64,000 bases of DNA from contig CALVWG010000080.1 in the NCBI GenBank assembly GCA_944364655.1, forward strand, positions 2,634-66,633. The letters run 5' to 3'. The position numbers and the translations under genes were made by a program. This document shows, piece by piece, positions 28,810-38,384 of the stretch (the first letter of the stretch is position 1; the number at the start of each line of letters is the position of its first letter). Below the pieces are notes generated by a model. The model was not told the DNA's origin. It saw nothing but the letters and a program-made list of their open reading frames with translations, and ran no database searches. The DNA is from an uncultured Bacilli bacterium (lineage in GTDB: Bacteria > Bacillota_I > Bacilli_A > RF39 > UBA660).

Positions 28810-31037
28810 AGTTTCTCATGGAAAGTTCTTGCAATGACTTCCTCTTGTTGTTTACGAGTTAAACGATTAAAACGAACAGCATAACCTGAAACACGGATAG
28901 TAAGTAATGGATATTTATCAGGATGCTCCATCGCATCAATCAAGGTTTCCCTGCTTAATACATTTACATTCAAGTGATGGGCTCCTTGAATGAAGTATCC
29001 ATCTAATAAGGAAACTAAATTTTCAATTTGTTCTTCTTTAGAGTGACCCAATGAAGAAGGAACAATACTAAAGGTATTTGAAATTCCATCACGGCAACAA
29101 TTTGGATAATCAAGTTTTGCAACTGAATTTAAAGATGCTATTGCCCCACTTTCATCTCTTCCGTGCATTGGATTAGCACCAGGAGCAAAAGCAACTCCTT
29201 TTTTACGACCATCAGGAGTAGCGCCAGTTTTGCTGCCATAAACAACATTTGAAGTAATAGTTAAAACAGATAAGGTTGGAATGGCATCACGATAGCATTT
29301 ATGTTTAGAAAGTTCAGCATAAAATTTTTCCAAAACTTCTTTAGCTAAATCATCTACTCGGCCATCATCATTGCCATATTTAGGAAAATTTCCTTCAATT
29401 TCAAAATCAATAGCAATACCTTCTTCATTCCGTATTGGTTTTACTTTAGCATATTTTATAGCAGACAAAGAATCAGCAACAACGGATAAGCCAGCAACCC
29501 CATAAGCCATTAAGCGTCTTACATAGGTATCATGTAGGGCCATTTGACCAGCTTCATAAGCATATTTATCATGCATATAATGAATAACATTCATGGCATC
29601 ACTATAGATTGCGGCAATTTTCTCTAATATTTTAAAATATGCATCATGAACTTTTTGATAATCTAAAATTTCATCAGTCATTTTAGGAAAACCATCAATA
29701 ACTAAATCGCCTTTTATTTCATCAACTCCACCATTGATTGAATAAAGTAGTGCTTTGGCTAGATTACAACGAGCACCAAAAAACTGCATATCTTTTCCTT
29801 CACGCATAGCTGAAACGCAACAAGCGATAGCATAATCATCCCCATAAATTGGCCGCATTACATCATCATTTTCATATTGAATAGAATCTGTTTCAATAGA
29901 AAGTTTTGCACAATATTTTTTAAAATTTTCAGGTAAATGTTCGCTCCACAAAACAGTCATATTAGGTTCTGGGGCGGGATCTAGATTAGTAAGCGTATGT
30001 AAAATACGGTAAGAAGTCTTTGTTACCATTGATTCACCAGTTTCACTAACGCCACCAATTGCACAAGTAACCCATGTAGGATCTCCTGAAAATAATTCGT
30101 CATAATCTGGAGTTCTTAGATGTCTTACTAAACGAAGCTTAATAACAAATTGATCGATTATTTCTTGAATTTCTTCTTCAGTAATTGTACCATTTTTTAA
30201 ATCACGTTCAAAATAAATATCAAAAAAAGCATCAACACGTCCTAGACTCATGGCTGCTCCATTATTTTCTTTAACCGCCGCTAAATAGCCAAAATAAGTC
30301 CATTGTACAGCTTCACGGCTATTTTTTGCAGGTTTAGAAATATCAATACCATAAGTAAGAGCCATTTTTTTAATTTCTTCTAAAGCTCGATATTGCATTG
30401 AAACATCTTCTCTTAATTGAATTAGTTCATTAGTCATTGGACCAACTAAAACTTCATCCCAATCTTTTTTCTTTTGTTCCATTAAATAATCAATACCGTA
30501 TAAAGCAATTCTTCTGTAGTCACCAATAATTCTACCACGACCATAGGCATCAGGTAGACCTGTTAAAAGACCAACATGTCTTGCTTTTCTAACACTTTCG
30601 GGATAGGCATCAAAAACACCTTGATTGTGTGTTTTACGAAATTCATTAAAATATTTATCAACCATTTCATTTAACTTATAACCATAAGCATCTAACTCTT
30701 GATAAACCATTCTAATGCCTCCATAGGGATTAACTGCTCTTTTTAAAGGCTTATCAGTTTGTAAACCAACAATGACATTATCATCATCACAAATGTAACC
30801 TGGAAAAAAAGCATTAATTCCAGACATATGGTCGACATCAATATCTAAAACATATTTTTTTAATTCTTCTTTTAATAAATCATTTACTTCTTTTAAAACT
30901 CTTTTTGTTTTATCAGTAGTTCCAGATAAAAAACTTTCATTATCATCATATTTTTGATAATTTTTCAAAATAAAGTCGGAAACATTAATTTCATCCGTCC
31001 AAACTCCATTTTTAAATCCATTCCATTCTTCTTTCAT
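28806..31037 (-). CDS. pflB: formate C-acetyltransferase (pyruvate formate-lyase)
   Basis: Start set at [13 protein letters not shown]. Catalytic Cys-Cys ([10 protein letters not shown]) and C-terminal glycyl-radical motif RVSGYAVRF. Confidence 0.95.
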   Translation of the reverse strand: MKEEWNGFKNGVWTDEINVSDFILKNYQKYDDNESFLSGTTDKTKRVLKEVNDLLKEELKKYVLDIDVDHMSGINAFFPGYICDDDNVIVGLQTDKPLKRAVNPYGGIRMVYQELDAYGYKLNEMVDKYFNEFRKTHNQGVFDAYPESVRKARHVGLLTGLPDAYGRGRIIGDYRRIALYGIDYLMEQKKKDWDEVLVGPMTNELIQLREDVSMQYRALEEIKKMALTYGIDISKPAKNSREAVQWTYFGYLAAVKENNGAAMSLGRVDAFFDIYFERDLKNGTITEEEIQEIIDQFVIKLRLVRHLRTPDYDELFSGDPTWVTCAIGGVSETGESMVTKTSYRILHTLTNLDPAPEPNMTVLWSEHLPENFKKYCAKLSIETDSIQYENDDVMRPIYGDDYAIACCVSAMREGKDMQFFGARCNLAKALLYSINGGVDEIKGDLVIDGFPKMTDEILDYQKVHDAYFKILEKIAAIYSDAMNVIHYMHDKYAYEAGQMALHDTYVRRLMAYGVAGLSVVADSLSAIKYAKVKPIRNEEGIAIDFEIEGNFPKYGNDDGRVDDLAKEVLEKFYAELSKHKCYRDAIPTLSVLTITSNVVYGSKTGATPDGRKKGVAFAPGANPMHGRDESGAIASLNSVAKLDYPNCCRDGISNTFSIVPSSLGHSKEEQIENLVSLLDGYFIQGAHHLNVNVLSRETLIDAMEHPDKYPLLTIRVSGYAVRFNRLTRKQQEEVIARTFHEKL

Positions 31038-31128
31038 TCTATTACCTCCGCTATTATAGTGTAGCATGAAAAGCAAATATAAAAAAGTGTTGTATGCAAC
31101 ACTTTATAAAATTTATAAAAATTATTTT

Positions 31129-33072
31129 TTATGGTGTTAAAACAACGCGGAAAGTGCTAGCTCCATAGGCCTGCCCTTCTGTTGGAGAAAATGCAAAGAT
31201 GCCAGCATCTGTTCCATCTGTATATGCATTGCCTCTATTAATCCAAGGTCTACTACTATATAGTAATGCTGCATTATCAAAATGCCAGCTTCCAATTGGA
31301 ATTGTTACTGCCAAATATGTTTTATTATTAAACGGACCCAGTTCGCCGGTAGCATCTCCCAGAATTCTTCGCTGATATTGTTCATCCAATGTTGAATATG
31401 TATAAGTATCATAATATTTTTTATCTGGAAAATCATAGCCCGTTGTTAATTCTATTAAACCTGATGTATCATTTTCTGATGTTGGATAGCCAAAAGTTCC
31501 ATTAAATCCAGAATTTTTCATACTATTTTTTCCACTCATGGGTTTATTGCTTTGATCTAACATAACTCCCATTACATATTCCCAATTACCTCCTGCCATA
31601 TCGTATATTCCTGTTATATTTCCTGTTGTGCTTGCTAATATGCTATCTGGATATGCTATATTACAAGAATAATCTGAGCACCATATATTACACTTTTCAT
31701 TAGTTTGTGTGTAACCACACGTTGGTTCATTATTGGCTGCATATCCTGTTAGATTGGATGAATTATTGTTTATTCTAACGCTTGTTAAACTTCCATATTT
31801 ACTGTGTTGTAAATAGGCTACTGCTCCCCATTCGGTATTCTTCATCATGTGACTATCTAAATTTCTTTTGTAATCATACGATGTATAAAAGGCGTTGGCT
31901 ACTTGAATATTTCGCCATGAGCTTACATTTGGTTTGATTTGAATGGCTTCGCTATTTCTAACGTTATAGTCTGATGTTAATGTTGTTCCCGTTTCAAACT
32001 TACCTACCCAAAATCCTGTACTTGGTATACTTAAAAATGCTGGATGAGTCATGTAATCTCCTACTTGACAGTTTCCTGTCGCACCACTTTCCATTGGTGT
32101 TGTACATTCTCCATCTATTGAATCACTTGTATTATAATCACCAAAGATAATTGGTATTTCATGAACTTTACTTTCATCTATTTCGGTTAAATCTTGATAC
32201 TCACCTAAGTCCCATAATTGATATCGATATTTTGGTATCCACACAAAGTATGATTCTATTGCATCTTCTGGTATTGTTGAGCCTACACTGTAATTAGTTA
32301 TTGAACTTTCATCTTTTAAAATAATTGCATTTGCCCATTCTTTGTTTTCATAGTTATACCATTCTTTTTCTAGATCAGCTCTTTTTACTGTGCCATCATT
32401 GTCGATTGTTACAGCTATTAATGTATCTTTTAATACTGGGTCTGCTCCATTTAATAACGTTTCTTTATAATTATTTGTTTTTGTTGCTGTTGATATAACA
32501 TTTATGCTTCCTTCAAATTTTGTGTTCATGGCTTCATTTCCTGTTGCCTCATCCATCCATAAATAAAAATTGTATGTTTCACTTTCATTTTGTTTTAATT
32601 TTCCACTTGCTATTATTATTGATTCATCTAAATTAGTTATTTGTAATTCTTCTGTTGCGGTATTAAAATTACTTACTGTTCCTAAATTTGTTCCTGTTGC
32701 TGGTTTACTTTCTGTACTTTTATATATGGCATATTTTAACCATTTTTTTTGCATTGTATTTGTTGTTAATGTATTTAATGTTACATTATATGCTGCATCA
32801 TTTGTACATGTATTAGTAATTTTAAATGTATATGGTGTTGCTGATAATCCTTTTTGATCACTTACAGGATAAGTATTATGTAATTCTACTGAAGAAGAAA
32901 GTTCTTCAAATTCAACACTAAAGCATCCCACTTCAACGATATTTTCTCCTCCTGTATAACTTGCTACCCATAAAGCATAACTTTGATAGGCCATTAAGCA
33001 TATTCCTATTCCAACTGTTATTATTGCTAACAATATTTTATATTTTAATTTCATCTTTCTCACCTCATACAT
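31129..33072 (-). CDS. secreted/membrane-anchored protein, paralog 1 of a three-member family with C-terminal FGE/SUMF1-like (C-type-lectin-like fold) domain
   Basis: N-terminal signal/anchor MKLKYKILLAIITVGIGICLMAY and a variable about 200 aa beta-rich module. The about 400 aa conserved block has PNVSSWRNIQVANAF, MMKNTEWGAVAY, ITGIYDMAGGNWEYVMG and RGNAYT, which parallel the FGE-sulfatase family motifs (..SW.dA.a.., ..eaEWeyAar, GlyDMsGNvWEW, RGGSW). Cys-rich. Confidence 0.7.
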   Translation of the reverse strand: MYEVRKMKLKYKILLAIITVGIGICLMAYQSYALWVASYTGGENIVEVGCFSVEFEELSSSVELHNTYPVSDQKGLSATPYTFKITNTCTNDAAYNVTLNTLTTNTMQKKWLKYAIYKSTESKPATGTNLGTVSNFNTATEELQITNLDESIIIASGKLKQNESETYNFYLWMDEATGNEAMNTKFEGSINVISTATKTNNYKETLLNGADPVLKDTLIAVTIDNDGTVKRADLEKEWYNYENKEWANAIILKDESSITNYSVGSTIPEDAIESYFVWIPKYRYQLWDLGEYQDLTEIDESKVHEIPIIFGDYNTSDSIDGECTTPMESGATGNCQVGDYMTHPAFLSIPSTGFWVGKFETGTTLTSDYNVRNSEAIQIKPNVSSWRNIQVANAFYTSYDYKRNLDSHMMKNTEWGAVAYLQHSKYGSLTSVRINNNSSNLTGYAANNEPTCGYTQTNEKCNIWCSDYSCNIAYPDSILASTTGNITGIYDMAGGNWEYVMGVMLDQSNKPMSGKNSMKNSGFNGTFGYPTSENDTSGLIELTTGYDFPDKKYYDTYTYSTLDEQYQRRILGDATGELGPFNNKTYLAVTIPIGSWHFDNAALLYSSRPWINRGNAYTDGTDAGIFAFSPTEGQAYGASTFRVVLTP

Positions 33073-33074
33073 TT

Positions 33075-33776
33075 TTATTTTTTTGATTGAAATAAAGTTA
33101 TAGCAACTAAAATAAATACTACTACTATTAAACCAATTATAATATAATTAATACTTTGGGGATTATTAACCGCGTCATTAACAACGGCCGCGGTCAAAAA
33201 ATAATCAGAACAATGATCAATTTGAAATTCGACATAACCATTTTTAACTTGAACGCCATGATCGATATATTCAATTTGATCTAATTCTGGATTATAATAA
33301 TATAAATACAGCTTTTCGCCATCTTTAAACTTATTTTCAACATTCAGTTTAACTGTTGTTTCTAAAGGTAATGCGCCATGATAATCAAAAGTTATAATTA
33401 ATTTGTCTTGTATAACTTCTTCATTTATTTTGGCAGTATCCTTAGTTGTTGCGTCTATTGAAAGCCTTAAATCCTCTTCAATAAACAAACTGTCTTCAAC
33501 AGAAATATCTTGATTTTTGTCTTTTAAAAATTTCCATGAATATTTTAAATCTCTTTCATAATCTTCAATTTCATAAAAATAATAATCTTCTGTTTCAGTT
33601 TTTGTCATTTTTGTTTTTTTGCTTTCCATAGCAATAATTTTATCGTCTAATTCATCTATTGTAACAATTTTTTCGCTTTTTGGGAGAAATATTTTGCCAA
33701 TGCTTATACCACAAAAAACAATTATAAAAACAATGCTACAAAATATTATAATATCTTTTATGTATTGTTTTTTCAT
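33075..33776 (-). CDS. bitopic membrane protein (N- and C-terminal TM helices, extracellular middle), 233 aa
   Basis: Hydrophobic helices at both termini. Stop 3 nt before the paralog 1 start. Confidence 0.45.
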   Translation of the reverse strand: MKKQYIKDIIIFCSIVFIIVFCGISIGKIFLPKSEKIVTIDELDDKIIAMESKKTKMTKTETEDYYFYEIEDYERDLKYSWKFLKDKNQDISVEDSLFIEEDLRLSIDATTKDTAKINEEVIQDKLIITFDYHGALPLETTVKLNVENKFKDGEKLYLYYYNPELDQIEYIDHGVQVKNGYVEFQIDHCSDYFLTAAVVNDAVNNPQSINYIIIGLIVVVFILVAITLFQSKK

Positions 33777-33801
33777 ATATTCTCCCTTTCTTTTCTTTTT
33801 T

Positions 33802-34470
33802 TTAAATTCCGCTAAGTAAGATAATTAATGGTATTAAATTATAAGCAAATTTAGTCATCATAACCAATATTATATTGCGTTTATTTTTAATATATATGAC
33901 ACCAAATAATAATGCTGGTAAAAAATAAGCCAATATTTGAGATATACTAAAAGTTGCAGTTGTAAAAACAAAATTCATTGCTGTATAAATAATAGCAGTA
34001 ATTAAAACAAATAAAATATTATTATCAATAACTTCATTTAATGATTCTCTAAATAGTAATTCTTCAGCAACAACACCAAAAATCATAGTTTTAAAAATTG
34101 TATAAATCATGGATAAACTTGCTAAATTTTGAATCGACTGAGTATTTTGATCCATATTTACGTCACTAAATAATAAAGTACCCAGTGCAGCTATTACAAC
34201 ATTTAATAAAACAATAGATAAAAAACCCAAAAATATAATTTTTATTATTCTTTTAAAACTATATTCTTTCTTGATTTTTTCAAAATCAGCTTTTAATGTT
34301 TTCTTATACGCAATAATTATGCCAATTAAAAATAAAACGTCTAAACCAAGCATAACTAAATTGTTATCAATATTTTTAAACAAAATGCTTATGTAACCAG
34401 CAAAATATGTGTATAAAAAATAAATTAAATACAATGATGTGGCTTTAAGCAAGACTCCGCTTTTTTTCAT
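33802..34470 (-). CDS. CPBP-family (CAAX protease / Abi-like) intramembrane metalloprotease
   Basis: Polytopic. Motif VAEELLFRESL is the conserved EExxxR motif of the CPBP family. A later conserved His region is also present. Confidence 0.6.
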   Translation of the reverse strand: MKKSGVLLKATSLYLIYFLYTYFAGYISILFKNIDNNLVMLGLDVLFLIGIIIAYKKTLKADFEKIKKEYSFKRIIKIIFLGFLSIVLLNVVIAALGTLLFSDVNMDQNTQSIQNLASLSMIYTIFKTMIFGVVAEELLFRESLNEVIDNNILFVLITAIIYTAMNFVFTTATFSISQILAYFLPALLFGVIYIKNKRNIILVMMTKFAYNLIPLIILLSGI

Positions 34471-34555
34471 ATAACTAACTCCCTACCTTTATTTAATTTT
34501 AACATATATAAATATGTTTTGAATAAATTTATTATACTTTTACGCATTTTTTACA

Positions 34556-34586
34556 GAAAAAAAGCCGAATATACTCGGCCTTTTTC
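34556..34586. terminator. bidirectional rho-independent terminator downstream of rpmA
   Basis: AAAAAAA-GCCGAATA-TACTCGGC-CTTTTT: GC stem flanked by an A-run and a T-run. Confidence 0.75.
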
Positions 34587-34780
34587 TATAATTAATCATT
34601 AGTAGAAAATTCTAAAAATCCACCACATAAATTCCACTTCCCTTCTATCACTACTTGTCATATTTATTATACCATATCATTTTTTAAATTTCTAGTCTTT
34701 TATAATAGCTTTTTTGCCATATTTTAACATTTTGTTTATTAATTTTAAAATAATTGATTTTTAAATCATTAAAAAAGTGC

Positions 34781-35062
34781 TTACGCTTTTACTTCGTAAA
34801 CACTTACTTTCTTTTTATCTCTTCCTAATCTCTCAAAACGAACAACACCAGTTATTTTTGCAAATAAAGTGTGATCTTTACCCATTCCAACATTTGTTCC
34901 TGGATAAATTTTTGTTCCTCTTTGACGATATAAAATGCTTCCAGCTGAAACAGTTTCGCCATCAGCAGCTTTAGCACCTAATCTACGTCCAGCAGAATCT
35001 CTACCATTATCAGTAGAACCCTGAGCTTTAACGTGAGCGAATAATTGAAGATTTAAAAGCAT
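34781..35062 (-). CDS. rpmA: 50S ribosomal protein L27 with Firmicutes-type N-terminal propeptide
   Basis: MLLNLQLFA|[14 protein letters not shown]... is the Prp cleavage motif and L27 core. Start moved to the internal Met of the ORF-track model. Confidence 0.9.
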   Translation of the reverse strand: MLLNLQLFAHVKAQGSTDNGRDSAGRRLGAKAADGETVSAGSILYRQRGTKIYPGTNVGMGKDHTLFAKITGVVRFERLGRDKKKVSVYEVKA

Positions 35063-35063
35063 T

Positions 35064-35384
35064 CTATTCATTTTTCTCATCCTCTCTAATCGTTATATTT
35101 TCCGGATAATTTTCTTTAAGTTCATAAAAAAGTTCAATCATATTATTTAAAAGATTTTTAGTAATTAAGTCATTTTTTAAAATTTTTAATTCTACTTCAT
35201 CTTTTTTTTGATTTACATTTAAGGCATTTTTATCAAATTTTAAAATACCATTAACAGAAGTTATCAAAATACTTGATACTCCAGCACATACAATGTCTTT
35301 ACCATAATCATCATACATTGCATGTCCTTTTAAAGTAATAGTAATAAAATTATCCTTTTTCTTTTTAATATCAATACGTATCAT
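35064..35384 (-). CDS. prp: ribosomal-processing cysteine protease Prp (YsxB family)
   Basis: 106 aa between rplU and rpmA. GHA and DIVCAGVS catalytic His/Cys context. Confidence 0.85.
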   Translation of the reverse strand: MIRIDIKKKKDNFITITLKGHAMYDDYGKDIVCAGVSSILITSVNGILKFDKNALNVNQKKDEVELKILKNDLITKNLLNNMIELFYELKENYPENITIREDEKNE

Positions 35385-35683
35385 TAACCAACAATACTCT
35401 TAATCGTAACTTTTGTATAAGGTTGCCTATGTCCTTGTTTTTTACGATATTTTTTCTTTGGACGATATTTAAATACAATAATCTTTTTTTGTTTACCATG
35501 TTTTTCAACAGTACCAACTACTTTAGCACCTTTAACAGTTGGATTTCCAGATTTACCATTTACATATAAAACTTCAGTAAATTCTACATCACTACCAACT
35601 TCATTTGGCAATTTTTCAACATAGATTGTGTCGCCTTCAGAAACATAATATTGTTTTCCACCAGTTACAAATATAGCTTTCAT
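35384..35683 (-). CDS. rplU: 50S ribosomal protein L21
   Basis: [25 protein letters not shown]...[23 protein letters not shown] matches L21. Confidence 0.95.
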   Translation of the reverse strand: MKAIFVTGGKQYYVSEGDTIYVEKLPNEVGSDVEFTEVLYVNGKSGNPTVKGAKVVGTVEKHGKQKKIIVFKYRPKKKYRKKQGHRQPYTKVTIKSIVG

Positions 35684-35790
35684 TTCTTACCTCCTTTATA
35701 ATTTAAGACGCGCCATTAAGGTACGAATATTCGTTTATAACCTTTTTTGTGCGGTTTTGATAAAAGCTAATTGCTTTACAAAACAAATAA
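35684..35790 (-). promoter_or_regulatory. 5' leader of rplU operon with perfect 12-bp palindrome (possible L21-leader autoregulatory structure)
   Basis: About 100-nt UTR between the mapped promoter and the rplU ATG containing ACGAATATTCGT. Ribosomal-protein leader RNAs are known upstream of rplU in Bacilli. Confidence 0.4.
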
Positions 35791-35819
35791 ATTTTACCAA
35801 AAAAGGCCTTTATTGTCAA
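35791..35819 (-). promoter_or_regulatory. sigma-A promoter of rplU-prp-rpmA
   Basis: Minus strand TTGACA (35814-35819), 17 nt, TGgTAAAAT extended -10 (35791-35798). Confidence 0.65.
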
Positions 35820-35870
35820 TTATTTTGAAAATTATATCAAGAAAATTATTTTGAAAATTATCTCAAGAAA
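35819..35870. repeat. 26-bp tandem direct repeat x2 (25/26 identical) immediately upstream of rplU -35
   Basis: attattttgaaaattatatcaagaaa / attattttgaaaattatctcaagaaa. Each unit on the minus strand contains cTTGATATAAT (an extended -10-like element). Confidence 0.8.
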
Positions 35871-35907
35871 AAGGTAAAAAATTAATTAAAATAATAAATA
35901 TAATGGC

Positions 35908-37497
35908 TTAAGGGGTTAAAACGGTGCGAAAACCCATAATTAAATCTGCGTGGCCTCTTACAAAGTAAAAACTAAAAATACCTGCTACTGTGCCACTTGT
36001 AAATAAGCTTCCTCTTACAAACCATGGTACTGATAAATTTATAAATGTTGAATTATCAGCATACCAGCTTCCTACTTGTGCAATTTGATTATAATATTCT
36101 GCGGTATTAAATGGCCCCATTTCGCCTGTTGCATCGCCTAATATTCTTCTTGAAAAATCCGTACTGTTTTGACTATAGCTATATACATCATAATACTTTT
36201 TATCTGGCCAATTATAGCCACTAGTTAATTCTGTTAGACCTGATGTATCACTATCACAGTTTGGGCAGCCAAATGTTCCATTAAATCCAGAATTATCTAC
36301 ATTATGTCTTCCACTCAATAAATTTCCATTTCTATCAACAGTTACTCCCATGACATATTCCCATGATCCGCCTGACATATCATAGATTCCTGTTATATTA
36401 TTTGTTGTACTTGCTAATACACTATTTGGATATGCTATATTGCAACTATCATCATTACATTGTTTATTACATTCTTCATTAGTATTTGTCCAACCACATG
36501 TTGGTTCGTTATTGGCTTGATAACCTGTTATATATGATGAATTATTGTTTATTCGAACACTTGTTGCTGAACCATATACACTATGTTGTAAGTAAGCTAC
36601 TGCTCCCCACTCGGTATTCTTCATCATGTGACTATCTAAATTTCTTTTGTAATCATACGATGTATAAAATGCATTAGCTACTTGTATGCCTCGCCATGAA
36701 CTTACATTTGGCTTGATTTGAATTGCTTCGCCATTTCTGACATTGTAATTTGCTGTTAATGTTGTTCCTGTTTCAAATTTGCCGACCCAAAATCCTGTAC
36801 TTGGTATACTTAAGAATGCTGGATGTGTCATGTAGTCACCTATTTTACAATTGCCTGTTGCGCCACTTTCCATGGGTGTTGTACATTCATTTTCTTTATT
36901 ATCACTTGTATTGTAATTGCCAAAGATAATTGGTATTTCATGAACTTTACTCGTATCTATTGTTGTTAAACTATTATATTGACCCAAATCCCATAATTGA
37001 TATCGATATTTTGGGATCCATACAAAATAACTTTCAATTTTATCTTCTGGTATCACTTCGCCAGCTAAATAATCTTCTGTTTCATCTTTTAATATTATGG
37101 CATTGGCCCAATTCTTTTTTTCGTAGTTATACCACTCACTTCCAATGTCGGCTTTTTTGACTGTCCCATCACTATCTATTGTTACTGGTATTAGTTCATC
37201 TTTAATTATTGGATCTGTTCCGTTTAATATTGCTTCACTGTATCCTTTTTTAAAATATAAGGTACATTTTGTTAAACTTGTAGTTACATTTTTGACTATT
37301 GGACTCCACGACTCATAGTCCCATATTATATAAGCACCATTTGTACAACTGCTTTTTGTTTCATCAAAAATATTTTCTCCTTTTGTTGGAATAGTTTTTG
37401 TTTTTTCATTATTTACATATATTGCTAATTTTATATTTTCAAGATTATCTAATTGTTTCTGAGTTTCTTTTTTATTCAATATACCCCCCCAGAACAA
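35908..37497 (-). CDS. paralog 2 of FGE/SUMF1-like-domain family; main ORF lacks signal peptide because of +1 frame offset at G7 tract (phase-variable gene or frameshifted pseudogene)
   Basis: The 529-aa ORF begins at TTG with no signal. The conserved C-terminal about 420 aa is 85-95% nt identical to paralogs 1 and 3. See the upstream signal-peptide fragment. Confidence 0.65.
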   Translation of the reverse strand: MFWGGILNKKETQKQLDNLENIKLAIYVNNEKTKTIPTKGENIFDETKSSCTNGAYIIWDYESWSPIVKNVTTSLTKCTLYFKKGYSEAILNGTDPIIKDELIPVTIDSDGTVKKADIGSEWYNYEKKNWANAIILKDETEDYLAGEVIPEDKIESYFVWIPKYRYQLWDLGQYNSLTTIDTSKVHEIPIIFGNYNTSDNKENECTTPMESGATGNCKIGDYMTHPAFLSIPSTGFWVGKFETGTTLTANYNVRNGEAIQIKPNVSSWRGIQVANAFYTSYDYKRNLDSHMMKNTEWGAVAYLQHSVYGSATSVRINNNSSYITGYQANNEPTCGWTNTNEECNKQCNDDSCNIAYPNSVLASTTNNITGIYDMSGGSWEYVMGVTVDRNGNLLSGRHNVDNSGFNGTFGCPNCDSDTSGLTELTSGYNWPDKKYYDVYSYSQNSTDFSRRILGDATGEMGPFNTAEYYNQIAQVGSWYADNSTFINLSVPWFVRGSLFTSGTVAGIFSFYFVRGHADLIMGFRTVLTP

Positions 37498-37540
37498 CTA
37501 GACTGGTTAGGAGGATTAAAAATGTTATTCTTTTTTTCAT
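37472..37540 (-). CDS. out-of-frame signal-peptide fragment of paralog 2 (MKKRITFLILLTSLVVLGGYIE*)
   Basis: ATG 13 nt downstream of AGGA. Classic n-region plus hydrophobic core. Terminates 8 codons after the G7 tract; removing one G joins it to the 529-aa ORF. Confidence 0.6.
   Translation of the reverse strand: MKKRITFLILLTSLVVLGGYIE
37484..37490. repeat. G7 (C7 on + strand) homopolymeric tract at the signal-peptide/mature-domain junction of paralog 2
   Basis: Only G/C homopolymer longer than 5 noticed in this AT-rich window. A G6 or G9 tract would fuse the upstream signal-peptide ORF in frame. Confidence 0.8.
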
Positions 37541-37595
37541 CACTTTTATTCCTACTTTCTACATATTTTAAATATATCATTTTTGAAAATCTTTT

Positions 37596-38384
37596 TCAAT
37601 ATTTTAGAGAAGAGAATATTGACTTTGATAACATTTCTTTTTCAGATAAATAATGATTGTTTTGATAAAAAAAGTGTCTAGTTTCTTTTTTTAAAGAAGA
37701 AATATTGTTATCAAAATTGTTTTCGATTTTTTTATAGGGAAAAGAATATAACATTCTTTCTAAATAAAAGCGATTAAGTAAATATTTTTTGTTTTTTAAA
37801 ACGATTAAAAATTGAATTAATAAAACTATACATATAAAATAATTATCAATTGGATAAAATATGTTGTAAATTAAAAAAAGAATAAAAAAGCTAAATGATA
37901 TTAGTTGATAAAAGAAAAATGCTTTTTGATAAGAAAAAAATTTTTCTAAAAATGTATGCATTATTATACTGCCATCTAAAGGAATTATTGGTAATAAATT
38001 GAAAAGAAGAATTATATTGTTATAAGTATTGATTAAGATATAGTCATTTGGTTTAAAATAAATTAAAATTATAGCTAATATAAATTGGATAGTAACTCCT
38101 GAAATAGCAATTATAAACTCTTTATTAATAGAAGAATTTATTGGCTTATCTATTTTAGTTATTCCTCCAAAAGGAAATAGCTCTACTTGAATCACTTTAT
38201 ATTTAAAAAATTTAATAGCTAGGACATGACCTAGTTCATGTAAAAAAACAATTAAAAATATATATATTACATTTTTAAAATAACCGCATAAAAAAGCTAA
38301 AAGAAAAAAGCAATAAGTAGTAATATTTATTTTAAATTTCTTTTTGATATTCTTCATAAGTAATAAACTCGCCATCTTTAACAA
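37596..38384 (-). CDS. spoIVFB: M50 site-2-protease family intramembrane metalloprotease, SpoIVFB-like
   Basis: HELGH (HExxH) in a TM helix and LPIIPLDGS (LDG motif) downstream. Sits in the conserved position before rplU. Confidence 0.6.
   Translation of the reverse strand: MLKMASLLLMKNIKKKFKINITTYCFFLLAFLCGYFKNVIYIFLIVFLHELGHVLAIKFFKYKVIQVELFPFGGITKIDKPINSSINKEFIIAISGVTIQFILAIILIYFKPNDYILINTYNNIILLFNLLPIIPLDGSIIMHTFLEKFFSYQKAFFFYQLISFSFFILFLIYNIFYPIDNYFICIVLLIQFLIVLKNKKYLLNRFYLERMLYSFPYKKIENNFDNNISSLKKETRHFFYQNNHYLSEKEMLSKSIFSSLKY

Noticed and set aside
37495-37497. TTG start codon assigned to the 529-aa paralog 2 ORF
   Set aside because: No RBS, and no signal peptide although both paralogs have one. 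An ATG with an RBS 43 nt upstream, in the -1 frame, encodes the missing signal peptide, so the TTG is an artefact of the frameshift.
37596-38384. M50 intramembrane protease directly upstream of FGE-like paralog 2, which looked like a dedicated protease/substrate pair mirroring CPBP plus paralog 1
   Set aside because: Gene order spoIVFA-like/spoIVFB-like/rplU is ancestral Bacillus-type synteny. The paralog is simply inserted into it, so the adjacency is not evidence for a functional pairing.
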